Of a DNA stretch of 64,000 nucleotides, positions 51,640 to 64,000 are shown piece after piece; position 1 is the stretch's first letter, and each line of letters starts with the position of its first letter. The translations under genes were made by a program, and so were the position numbers. The notes below the pieces were generated by a model. That model worked only from the letters and a program-made list of their open reading frames with translations, did no database searches and was not told the DNA's origin. Origin of the DNA: Phoronis australis (lineage: Eukaryota > Animalia > Phoronida); NCBI GenBank assembly GCA_002633005.1, contig NMRA01000091.1:701062-765061 (forward strand), written 5' to 3'.

Positions 51640-54600
51640 CGGGCTAAGAAGTGATTCATTTACTTAGTACGGAATGATAACAAAATTACAAACAAACTGC
51701 GTATTATTTATTCTTTGCAGACGCTTTAATGCGCGAAAGTGAACAACGATTAAGGTGACTATTGTCAGCAAACCAACAGTATTGCGTGGAGCCGACTGGA
51801 GTTGAGGAACGAGACCACTGCAGGACAAGTGTTCTCCATACGCACATTTTGTGTAATACCATAAGTGCACCACATAATCAAACACACGAATAACCTGATT
51901 TGGCATGAGAACATTCTTCCAGGTCTTTCGATACGTTCTAATTTTACAAGCGAATGGAGCGGTGCTAAGTGTTGATTGCTTCTGCGTCGGCATTCGCAGC
52001 AAACTTAATTTTGTCTTTTCGACGATTTGATCCAATTACCGCTGTGTGTGGATAAAGACAAAATGCTGGTGTACATTTTCGTCAATGAACACTGGAGAAA
52101 TATCTCCAAAATTAGTGAAGGAAAAACGCCTGACGGGCGCTATTTCCCAACACCTGAAATAATAGATTCATGTACATTGTATGTGCGAGGGACAGGTAAT
52201 TTTAGAATCAACGGGTTGGCGAGCATCGCTTGTGCAAGGTTTGAGTTTGTGAAAAATCTTAACGAAGACAATCAATCTTCTTAAAATGACATGTCAACAA
52301 CGGAGACTCTTGTCGCGACAGTCGATTTCTCCAATAAAGAAACGGCTAATTAAATGAAACAGTATTTATTTTTAAAATACATTCATTAGATTGCTGGACA
52401 TAAAATCAAATGCTTATGCAGATACTGTATTCTAGACTAATTAAGGATTGCTCTGGAGCAATTATTTTGTACCACGACTTGAGTGCTTTGCACATCGTGC
52501 TTAGCTTGCGCTTTTAGATGTGTGACACTTTAATTAGTCTAAACGGATTTTCCACCAGGCGCGTAGCAACATACGTAAAGCTACACAGACGGCGAATACA
52601 TGGTCTCCTGCACAGACCCTCCAGAGCTTTCCGTGACGTCAGCATGTGAGGCCCGGAACCAGGTTAGCGAATACATTCCCTTATTACAGTGTAGGTGGCG
52701 TTTTGGAAGTGTTCAGCGGCGAAGTGTGACATTTTTCTCGCTAGCGGTGTCCGAATTGACAATATGACGCCAACAAACGTTTTGGCCGCGACATGGGAGG
52801 AGTTTTTGAATGATTCTGCTGAGATGCCACAAGTACAGGTTTCATAACTTCGATGCAAATCAGATCACTTAATTTCATTATATTTTTATTACTTGTTTAT
52901 ATATCGGTCTCTTGGACGCTGAATTTTCACATGTTTGTTCCCCATAAGATATGTAAACCTTCAAAAAGAAACTAGGAGATGTTACTAGACATATCTGCCT
53001 TTTGGTTCAGCATTAGAAAGCATCCCAGCTATAAAAGGTTCGGACTGCTTATGAGAACAGGAACCGCCAAGTGATCTCCCAGGTAAATGAATTTGTGATG
53101 TTAAAATAAAAGACCATTATTCCGTCTCAGATCAATTTTACGAGTATACGACCATCTGTCTGATATTGAGTAAGGTTTTAATAACTTACGGGTATTCAGT
53201 CTCCAGATAATAGTAACCGAAAACATCATCAAGCCAAAAACTAACATTGGTATCGCAAACCTGCTTGTTAAAGCAGCCTCGTTTATAAATTGTAGAATAT
53301 GCAGTTAAATCTCATAAAATAATCGCTCTGCAATACCCTATTCAATTCTCAAAAGTTCGGAGCAACTTTGTTAATGCCGTGCAAAGTCTGCTTGAGGTTA
53401 CGTAAGACCCTAGAAAAATTCCAGTTTTGCCAAATTTCGGAACATCCTATCTCAGACGTGCCTGATCGGATTCACACAAAACTTTCAGACCAGACACCAT
53501 GCGTTATGCAATGTTCTCTGAGACGCTGTTAAGAATTTTTTAAAATGCTCGTTTTTGCATGGAGGTATAAAAATAGTACTTATGTAATGTTTATGGAAAG
53601 AATTAGGTTGCACAAAACGAAAACAGAACAGAAATTTAGAAAACTGTCACGATATGTTTGAGGTTTTATCTGGAACATTTATATCATACATATTTGTTTA
53701 TGTTAATGATCCTGCTGTTTTGCTATGCATGTACCTTTCCTTCTGCGAAAATTTCCCGTGATTTAATTAATGGCAGATTGGTTTAAAGTTAAAATCAGGT
53801 TTTACGGAGGTTTTACTTTTTAGAAAATATGTACTTTTGCTTTGCTGAGTTAAATTCTACAGTTTTGTAGATATTTGTCTAAATATACAGACTTCACTTT
53901 GGACTCGGCGTAAATACGGCGAAACCCGTTGATCTTCTCTCGGACCCAATGATGGCGTGTTCAGTTACCTGAGTAACGATTTAGTCTCTCGGGGGAAGAT
54001 CACCAAAACAGGGTTAAATGTCGTCTTTTGTGAATACTCGGGTAATGCGTATGTTTGGCTGTAGCATGTAAGCTGGAGAAGCCACACGCTGAATTATTGG
54101 ATAGGTAACAAGCGTGCGCGAATTTAGGGGGTGCTCCGATGCAGGCAGATCACTCAGTCCCTCACACACTCTGCCCTCTCTACACAACCAGTGAAAAGAA
54201 GTGAAATCACGAGAGACCCACTTGCCAGGCATTACATAACCCACTAAAACAATAATTCTAGCGCTGAAGGCTCTTGATAAAGTGTGAAACTATCGGAAAC
54301 CTAGCTTCACATCCACTCCAACATGAGTGAAATTGTAGAAAATACCAGACTCCCGGCGACATTCAGGCAATCAAGAATGAAAGCGTTCGGAGGAGCGATA
54401 CTTGGCAAAATTAAACGAAACGACGACGGATGAGACGACGACGACGATGGTTATGATGATCAAGGTGGCAATTGTGAACAACACGATAACATTCATATGA
54501 CTAGCGAAAATGTGAGAAATCAGTAAGAAATAGGGTACAGTCTAAATCGGTCAACAAAGGAACAGCATTATTAGAAAATCACAAATAACTCAAAAATTAA

Positions 54601-57600
54601 ACGCCCATACAAAAAATGAAAAATATCGTCTGAAAGTAAGTAAAAAACTCTATCTAACAGACTAGTTTTGAAAAATTCTGTAAAATTTTCGAAAAATTGA
54701 CATTTTGCATTTTTTGAAATTCAAAGTCAAATAACTCAAAACCTTTAAATCTGAGAAAAAATGTTATAGTTTATTTAAAAGAGTATACCTCAGAGGGTCT
54801 ACATGTGAAAATTCACGTCATTTCCTCTTCCCGTTTAAAATGGCAACCCAGCATGATTGAAAATGGGTCAAAATAAGCCAGATCCGCCATTTTAAAAACC
54901 ACTTCCGGTTGATCGGTATTCGATAATAGCTACATAATAAAAACTAATACATGAAAAGTTTCGAAACAATCAGATAGATATTGCGCCCTCTACACGAGAA
55001 ATTTTTTTTATTCGAAATCGAAGTGCGCATGCGCATTGCGCCATGGCCGACATTTCCGCCATCTTTGACCGGAAGCACACATCTTGCGTAACAACTGTGT
55101 CGAGTTTCAGCTGTGCATACGAAAAATTACGGTCTCCATGAGTCTTTGAAACTGAAAATGAATACAAAATGGTCACCACGTCGACCATCTTGAATCCGAT
55201 CATGACGAAATATAAGAAGCTTCCAGAAATTTTGGGTCCACAAGTTGTGTGTAAATTTTCATGAAAATCAGACGAAAAATGCGACCTGTAGAGTGCGAAC
55301 AAAAAACCTTAGTGTCAGAGCAACCAAGTCATAATAGATGACAGAAGCATCGCCGCTGCTATCCCATACAAACCAAACTTCATCCAGCCAGTCAAACAGA
55401 GCACCCGAGGGCATTTCAAATATTTCATGCACTGCGCAATAATTCATTTCATGCCAAGTAAGGGAGAGCGTGTTGTTTTGAATGAAAAACGAATCCCCAT
55501 GTCTGTACCCTAAGCCAGTTAATTATTCAACCATCTGCAAAAGAACTGTCTTGCGATCCTCGAGGGTACATGCAACTTTTAAATTTTCCAAGAACAGATC
55601 CAACAAAATCCGAATAAGAGTTTAACGAGAGGACGCGAGAAATATCTTCACTATTTCGGTATGCATCTAACTTTGCTTTGTTTTGAAAACAGCATAATGA
55701 GTCGTATTTCATCACTCAATACCTATGTTAACCACAGAGGCGATTACTAATTCAAAACACATGAACTCTCGAAATGAGTCAGTTTTTACTTTTAATGACT
55801 TTAAAGACTGAAACGTTCGGGTCCTTGTACCGTCTATCATATCTAATGTTCTAATGTTATTTTTTAATTAACTGTTCATTACGGTGGATGAAGGAATGAA
55901 CGAAATAGGGCACCTATGAGGTACTTTTCTGAAATTCAATTAAACATTTTTCTTGCAACTAAAAGTTTGAACAAGGCCCCAAATAAAATGAAAACTGAAA
56001 ACGACGAAAGCTGTTACCGACAATGGAGATGACAGGGACAGAAAAAAAACGCCAGTGCAGTACAAAAAAACTTTTTTTTCCACTTTTGTCACTTTCAGAG
56101 TCATGTCTAACCAGTCAAAACTGCCTTTTTACTCATTTTAGTTAAGAACCTGGAGATTTGACCAGTGTATACACCTACCTTAAGGAGGTAATGATGTTAA
56201 CGGCAATGAAACACTGAAAAAGGTCAAATGTCAGTTCCGTTGTTTCTCCCATGAATGAAGCTGAAACAATGACTTTAATTGAGTCAATGGAAATTCTGCA
56301 ATAGGTCATAATTGAAATGATGTCGGGAATGCTTGAAAGTTATTACTGGTAGAGGAAGGCGCCACTGTTCATTGTACTAACCACTGACATATCAAAAACG
56401 ACTTACAGATACACAATACGTGCATTACTCGTTGTGTCAAAGCTTGTTGTTTAATAATAAGTCAATCTGCCGTGCAGTAGGTTACGCATACTCCGTGCAC
56501 GAGCCAGTTTTAACGCATTGGTCTCACACCGTCACACAGTTTGTCCAGACTCTATGTCGAAACAACCAACCACACTTTTACATGTATTATCACATTTTGA
56601 TCTAGTTCGACTTAAAACGAACTTAACCCAAAACGAGAGGGCCAGCTCAAAATAAAGCCGAGTGCTCGAGGCATGGGGATGTTTTATTATTTAGTCGGGG
56701 TTACTTTATGCGCTTGAAAGGATATTGTTGAACCTACTGTACGCGCGTATAATGCTGAAATAATTTCGGACGCACGATCGCAGCCGAAGGTGCAGCGGAT
56801 GCATCCCTCTCCGGCGGGTGAGGTTCGTTCACGGAACCGCGCGCCCAGTTCAGTCAACTTCAGTGGTGCGAGAAACTCGCAGATAAAGCTTTGTGATCAC
56901 TACAATCGGTTGAAATGCATGGCGATATCTCTCGAATACTTGCATGATCTTGATTTAGTCACAACCCGCTCAGCCAACCCAGATCTGTCTCAACCTCAGC
57001 CAGGGGCACCAGACGGATATGCCGTAAGCTGTATTAAACTAAATCCTTCAAGTAGGATATTGTGTATGGCTATAACTAAAAAGAGTACGACCCACCTTAC
57101 GTTAGCTTGTTTCTCTGTTGCCAAACGACTTTAGAAGTTGCGTACACTGTCAGAATGTGTATTGTAAACCTTCACGACAATTTAACCTGTGATATCGTCT
57201 GTTAGTCCAAGCAGCGGTCAGCCAACGGGAACCACGCGCTTAGCACACTTGTGTACTTTACTCCACCAACGGCAAATGAGTGCTTCTGTCGTAAGCCAAT
57301 TATGGCAGCATAAAAGTCGAATTATTGGTAACACTCGACCCGCGTTTAGCAGATATTTTCATTCGACGGCGGGTTATGTAATAATTCAACCGTAGATATA
57401 TGGCATATTTTAAAAACCGAATCCTAAATAGAGTCGAGGGCTGATGATCTCTGCTGAGTATTAAACTAGGCTTAAGTGTTACAGAAAATGGACCGTCGCG
57501 TACACGTCAAAACTGCTGAACAAGTCGAGTGAAACGGTTACAGATCCATAGCCGTGGTCTCTTGGTCTACTTGTAGGGTTTCAATCATGTTCGCTTCCCT

Positions 57601-58356
57601 CATCCTCAACAATCCTATCCACTTAATAAAACGTTACTCACTCATTGACTCTCGTGCCTAAGAACTTAGTCCGCAAAAAACGCCTACAGACAGATGTTGT
57701 GAACTATCACCCAGACGAGTGTTTATCGTCAGTCTATCAACACACACAGTCCATACCGAGATGCAGATGTTTGTCGTTCTTTATTGTTGTTTTATAGGTC
57801 ACTTGACAATGTGTATTTGATAAGGTATAACAATCTCTTCATGCAGTTTCTTCCAGATTGGGCGGTGTTGTTTTCAGCGGGTGACTCCGGCGGTGCTCAC
57901 CGGCGCAGCACTGAAATAAGGCAGTGGGGGACTATCGCCCTATGGTGCGCCGCCCACGAGCGTCCTGGGTCTAAATCAATTTGAGCAAAACAACTCATGC
58001 GCCGGGTGTGCGAATTTGATTTAACCATCATTGTGTTCCTTGCGAGGTGGGTGAAATCACGGTTGTCGAATTCATAAAAAAGCGAAGCACGCGATCTCGT
58101 AAAGAGTCACTCGCAAGTAGTAGACTAATGCCTAGAGACAAGACGGCACTGATGTATTCTGGTTCATGATAGGAAATAACAATGACGTCGAGTAGTAAAT
58201 TAGTAACGAAGGCTGGTCCATCCCTCAAGAACCCTACGTCACAATGGTTGCATGATCCTGTGGCGCCTGTTATGACGGCAGCTCCGTCTGTTTCCTGTGT
58301 TGGTGTTCAATGATTCAAAATTTGTCCTACAGACTGTGCACCGACTTGCTTACTGT

Positions 58357-58506
58357 CAGTGCTGTAGTGGGGCGTACGTAGGCGCAGCCAACCACCTTTT
58401 GGCATTTGAACGTAGCGCCTACGCACCGTTAGATACGTTCAGTGCTCAAGGCGATACTGTGGGCTTTGGGTGCCTACTTACCTCCAATTTTACCACTACA
58501 GCACTA
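58357..58506. mobile_element. hAT-like MITE with 8-bp TSD
   Basis: CAGTGCTGTAGTGG ... CCACTACAGCACTA; flanks cttactgt / cttattgt. Confidence 0.8.
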
Positions 58507-59720
58507 CTTATTGTATTGGTTTTAGGATACTCACAATAATGTATTATGTACAGAATAACAACAAAAGAACCAAAAAACGTCGTTTTTGTGTTTGTTAAAT
58601 GTATGATATTTAAATGCGCTCTAATGTAGGGAATCAAAGCTTTACTTGTGATATAAAGTAACCACTGCTGTCAGGCGAGTTATCTCACTTAAAAATTTTC
58701 AGGATTTTTTATATGAGGAAGTCGATAGTCACCCAAAAAACATGACGATATTGTCGACTTGCACGACTGAGCGCTGACGGCCGGAACGATGCTAACAATT
58801 ATCTCATGCATTGTACAATACCTGTTCTGTATCCTTGTAACTCGGGAAAGAGCATACTTTTAGGCCTACGTTGCAGAGCGGGCCCTACATGTAGTCGCCG
58901 TATGCATTTTCATCATCCTTCACATGTTATTCTACTAGTTGGGGGTAGAGCGCAGTGATATGAACCACAAATAGGTAGACGGTAACACTGTACAGTGTCC
59001 TGTAGTTGACCCTGTAGGCTATCGCTAGCCAATTGGGTGAATGTAACCCACGTGAATTACGTGCATAAATTCTTAACGGCGGTTATTAACTTTTAAAGGT
59101 ACAAATTAATTACTTGCGGTATAAATTAACTATTTGCGGCGCAAATTATTTTTAAATGACATAAACTAATTATTTACTAGGTAAAATAATTATTTACGGC
59201 GCAAATTCACTTTCAACGGCGTAAATCAATTGTCTAATGATGTGTCTAAATTACGCAAGGACATTTTAAATTGTTCCGCAAATAATTTACGCCGTCTATG
59301 GATCTATTATTCATATTTAAAAAGTTATTTAAGTAACCCGGTCGTTGACGTATAGAGATGAGACGTGACACATGTAATTTTAACCGGATGGAAAAGATTC
59401 TAATATCACGCAAATACAGTTATTGTCCACAAGACAAATAAAGATCCATATGCATTAGAGATGACGTCTCCATAATCAGAACATAGGTCACTCGGCATTA
59501 GACCTCGGTAAACAGAAAGACATGTAAAGTAAATAATATACTCTCAAGCTGTTAAACTGCAATACTGTTATTGGCTTCCAAAGTCATAAACGAGTTTTGA
59601 TTAGACGCAAGGACATGTCTCTTGATTATAAGTTGTTAGAGGAGGATTTTTTATTGACTTAGAGCTGGGAGCAGCAGACATTTATCAAATATTGACAAAA
59701 AATATGGAGATTTTGTGGGC

Positions 59721-59891
59721 GTGTGTGTGTGTGTGTGTGTGTGNNNNNNNNNNNNNNNNNNNNNNNNNNNNNNNNNNNNNNNNNNNNNNNNNNNNNNNNN
59801 NNNNNNNNNNNNNNNNNNNNNNNNNNNNNNNNNNNNNNNNNNNNNNNNNNNNNNNNNNNNNNNNNNNNNNNNNNNNNNNNNNNNNNNNNNN
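59721..59891. repeat. (GT)n microsatellite abutting an assembly gap
   Basis: GT repeat at 59721-59743, N run at 59744-59891. Confidence 0.95.
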
Positions 59892-60609
59892 GGCGGGAGA
59901 GGAGGGAAATTATATTTTACTGTAAAATTCACATATGAAGAAGAAACTCTTCAAATTCAGAGTCTCAATATAATTTTTGTCGTATTGCCTTTGCCTAGTT
60001 GCCTACAACACTTCAACAGTTTTGCGGAGTTTTTCTTCGTAAATGCTTCGATTTCCTTAAGCGAAAGTGTTTTTATTTTGCTTACGATTTCGCAAAAATC
60101 TGCCAGGTGAATGACCTTATTTAACTGGCGACTTTCGGGTACCACTTTACTGTGTCGGGCATATATATATAGTTTTATAGACCAGGTATGGTCTTCAAAA
60201 ACAATACTGCATAACAAGGGTAGTAAGCAGTTATAATTGCCGGCCGGGTAATCGGATGTTCAAAATGGACTGCCGACTTAGGTAAAACCAGATCTTCACC
60301 ATTTGGAGAATTTTGACTCAGAGAGGAATTCAGTCAATTAATTTGCAAAACACTGCAGCTAAACATTATACGTTTCATGAACAATATTTGGTTTGCACTT
60401 AAAATCAATCAAAAGTAAGCATGGATGTCAAGCTGTTTCTGGAAGACATGAGAGGCACGTCTGCAAGACCATAGGAGTATTCGAGACATTTCTAAAGATA
60501 TTAGTTGTCTCATCTCGCACGATAGTCCTGCTCTGTCTTCGTCCCTGTTTATTTTAGAAGGTTACTACTTCAATGTGTTTCGGCTCTTTTTCTCGCACTT
60601 GGCATGAGC

Positions 60610-61114
60610 ATCGCGTCTTACGCGCCTACGCATTTCACGAATCACCTACGAACCCATGAATCATTGTTTACGAACCCCAAAAATCACATCTACAAACAAA
60701 AATTGTCATACGAACACAAAATTATACACACTAGCATCAAATCACACGCACGAACACTTTATCGTTTGGCTAGCCAGTTGGTTCGTGCGTATGATTCGAC
60801 TCCTCGTGCGTATGATTTGTGTTCGTTTGTGTGATTTTTTGTGGTTCGTGCGCTAGATTTTTGTTCGTATGCATGATTTTTGGGTTCGTATGCATGATTC
60901 ATGGGTTCGTATGCATGACTTAATCATAGGTTCCAGGGGCGGATCCAGGATTTTTTAGGGGGGCCAGGGCAGAGGGGCCAGGATTTTGCCCGTCAGACGG
61001 CGCACCCCCGAACTGCCAAATAGAATCTGGGAGAGTTTTAGGGGGGCATGGCCCCCTTGGCCCCGCTCTAAATCCGCCACTGGGTTCGTTGGTGATTCGT
61101 GCCTAACATGCGAT
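60610..61114. mobile_element. Foldback element with inverted arrays of ACGAAC units of about 20 bp
   Basis: catcgc...cacgaatcacctacgaaccc on the left mirrored by gggttcgttggtgattcgtg...gcgatg on the right. Confidence 0.7.
60934..61082. mobile_element. GGCGGAT-family MITE, 5-bp TSD GGTTC, nested
   Basis: GGTTC|CAGGGGCGGATCC...AAATCCGCCACTG|GGTTC. Confidence 0.9.
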
Positions 61115-61353
61115 GGTTGGGCTTATGATTCTGTGGTACTGGTGACGTTCTTAGCGTGAGCACAGAACTGAGTTCCCGGCGTAGACGGAAGAATCTGGCA
61201 AAGGAAACTAGCGTTATCACGTTCTTCTCTTGTAAGTTTATCCTATACAGATATAATTCTCAAAATGCGTTTTTGACCCTCAAGGCCGACTGTGCTGCTT
61301 TAAACTTTAAATCTCTTTCCAGCTGCCAATAATACTATAGATAAGACACTTAC

Positions 61354-61432
61354 CAGTATTTGACCGACACCTCTTGTTTTCACGTTTATAAGAATTCATT
61401 CCATTCCACTAGCATGCTGATTTTCCCTCTGG
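61354..61432 (-). other. Candidate 79-nt non-coding exon
   Basis: Acceptor gattcttttccag| and donor CTG|GTAAGT; stop codons in all three frames. Confidence 0.3.
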
Positions 61433-61694
61433 CTGGAAAAGAATCATTAATTTACCCTTTTTCTTGTAAGTACGTTTTTACTAATATGCTTATGTAAAGT
61501 CATTATCTTCGAAATCCCTAAGGCAAGTCTGGAGTCAAAACGGATTATCGACGCTCGTTAATCGGTATTTGTGTACAATGAAGTAAATTCAAAATAGCAG
61601 AACTGGCGCTCTGGTGAGTATGAATTAACCAGCAGGTTCGATTCCTGCTTACTAATGGTTTCATTCCATTTTATAACTTAAGCGTAATACCAAT

Positions 61695-61839
61695 TAGTGG
61701 CGGATTAGGGGGGACCATGGTCCTCCTAAAATTCTCCCAGATTCCATTTGGCATTTGGGGTGCGAATGTCAGACGGGCAAAATCCTGGCTAATACCATGC
61801 CCTGTCCCTTCTTAACGCAAAATCCTGGATCTGCCCCTG
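61695..61839. mobile_element. GGCGGAT-family MITE, 5-bp TSD CCAAT
   Basis: CCAAT|TAGTGGCGGATT...GGATCTGCCCCTG|CCAAT; inverted relative of 60934-61082. Confidence 0.9.
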
Positions 61840-63213
61840 CCAATCAGTGTATTGTATCTTACGGCATTAAATCCTTGTAATAAGGCGACTTTTTTCTTGA
61901 TTACTATAGTGTACTTCGTGTGTTGGTCTTTTCTAAAGGGTACACTGGAAACGAGTCGCTCAGGTCATTCAATAGCTACGCCTGCAAGAATATGAGAGAA
62001 CATCCACGACTCGAAACTTTATATGGTGAGTGTGGTTGAGTTAAATTGAAGGTCGGAAACGTGAAACGCTCAGACCTTAAAGCTAACTTCGTTTTTTTTT
62101 TAAATTATTTTTAATTTTCGAGCTCGGTTTTAGAAATATGGAAAATTTCAAGGGAGTGAAATGAAAACCTACACCTGAATATTATGCAAAGAGAACTTTC
62201 CAGGGATGCAAAACTTCCGGTATAAACAGTCTGCTATCATTTGGCAAAATGGAATGCGAAGTTCTGAAAATATCCTCTGGAATAAACTGTGTAACAATCG
62301 AAAGAATTCAAGGTTTTAAAATATGTGTAAAACTGTTGGAACTCAAATTTTCAGATGCTGTCGAAGCGTTAGCGCCACAGGCAGATTCATATTTTGACAC
62401 TGACGTGATGTGCATTTTAAGAGGAAGTCTATGACACATTTTGCTCACTTGTTAGGCTGTTCTAGCACTGCGTACTACTACTATCCAGTCTTACACGAGA
62501 AAAATGAAGCAATGGCTTAATGCCGCAAGGTGGCCCAGTCGTCATACACAGGTGTATTCTGTTCTCAAGTTCAAGAATGTAGTTTTACTATTTTTATCTT
62601 CATTGTTTCCGAGATTTTGAAAGGTTTGAAACACAATTTGAATTCACGTTGCAATGGTGTCATCTCTCAGCAAATAAAAGTTTTCCTTTTAGACATAAAT
62701 GGGGACAAACCACACGTTGGTATTTTTGGCCGGAATTCATGTGAGGCATGTCTCGCATGTTTGGTTTGCATTGAGGAGTGCAATTGGTTCAGTGTTTGTT
62801 TTTGAAACTCTAGGTTAACCAAGTACATGACTAAATCATAACGGGCCTTGAATCACATGACTTAACGCAACTGGTAAATCATATTGTATGACTTGAAGCA
62901 GGTACAGTGTACGATGTTTTTCTGAAGTTGACCCCTTGCACGAGATCGCTGCAACCGCCTACTTGACCAAGAGCTTCCGGATTTCCACTACAATAAAGTA
63001 AATCATGTTTCTTCTCAACTTCGTCTTGCATCCAAACTCTGTTAGAATTTAAAATTTGGAGGGAAATTCGAAAAACGTGGCCATTTGGTTGTATTAGACT
63101 TTTTGCCATGCTAAATTACCATCGTATTTCAACATTTCTAATTGTCTTGTCTCGTTTTCTGTAATTTCTCCAAGAGGCATGTTTGTTCATTTACTGTTCA
63201 ATGATCCCACAAT

Positions 63214-64000
63214 GGGGCTATTCGGAAAATCTACAACAACCAGAGGGCGTGCGTGTACTAGTGGTGATAGAATAACAACCTCGATTTCGCGAGCCCTTCA
63301 GTTAAATACATGGTGAAATGGCTTGCAGCCGTGCCAACTGAATCTGAGATTGCGTAAAAAGGGTGCTTCTGTGAGGGGAAGTAAGCACGACCTCATACAA
63401 AGGTAAGGTTTGTGATCATTTTAACGATTATTCCATGATTATTCTACCGATGCCTGTTAACTGAGGCACTCGGCGATGTCGATTTCGCGGCAGTCAGTCG
63501 CCAGCCAGAGTCTGGTTAATCTTTGTATGTTGTGATATGTGATACGATACTGGACGTAGCAATCGGGATCTTTTCGTACATCAAAGCATTATTATTGTTT
63601 GGAATGATTTCTAAAAGTTTATCAGTGACAGTTACATCAATCAATGCTGAATATTTATGCTGTCAACTCGATACAGGTTAACTTTGAGTTAAGATTACAA
63701 TCCAATCCCAATGGCAAAGGGTACGTGAGTGATAAATATCCATTGCATTAGACTATTTGTTTACTCCCTATCATATGTCTTCTGGAAATCTATTACACGT
63801 TGAAATGGAAATCTATCACGTCAGTTTTCACGTAACCTTTGGTTTTTAGGTTTGAAGGCTTGTACCGTGCAGAGGATATATGCATCGCTTCTGCACCGTC
63901 CCTGAATGGACAAAAATTGGTTTTTAGCATTTGACTGCAGCTAACCAACAAGATCTTCCCATCCAGTGCAGATCTGTTGTCAAAGCCTACTTTCAATATT
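63214..64000 (+). mobile_element. Second copy of the ISL2EU-like element, cut by the window end
   Basis: AT|GGGGCTATTCGGAAAAT start; colinear with 38382 to about 39134 at high similarity. Confidence 0.9.

Noticed and set aside
59651-60110. ORFs spanning the N run
   Set aside because: Artefacts of the assembly gap and the GT microsatellite.
62879-63109. Short minus-strand ORF with an acceptor-like site
   Set aside because: No recognisable domain or phase-consistent partner exon.

Overview
Eukaryotic, AT-rich genomic DNA with abundant CpG, consistent with an invertebrate animal (species not determinable). One protein-coding gene is supported: a minus-strand class A (rhodopsin-family) GPCR with three coding exons (28865-27993, 19014-18885, 7253-6754). 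The exons join through phase-compatible GT-AG introns into about 500 aa, and the TM3 DRY motif is replaced by HKY. The rest is intron or intergenic DNA densely filled with transposable elements, many definable by TIRs and TSDs. These include a 5.4-kb element and several short MITEs with 5-bp TSDs, a degenerate ISL2EU-like element in two copies, AT-, CWG-, TTAA-, 8-bp- and 9-bp-TSD MITEs, a Penelope-like relic with a hammerhead-like motif, a LINE RT relic, tRNA-derived SINEs, satellites and perfect palindromes. No prokaryotic operon, CRISPR array, rRNA or intact tRNA was seen. No wholly new biological system can be demonstrated. The best leads are the non-canonical orphan GPCR, the TE-borne CTCF-like motif array, a P-element-like footprint and the large non-coding 5-bp-TSD element. 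All family assignments are by eye and need database confirmation.
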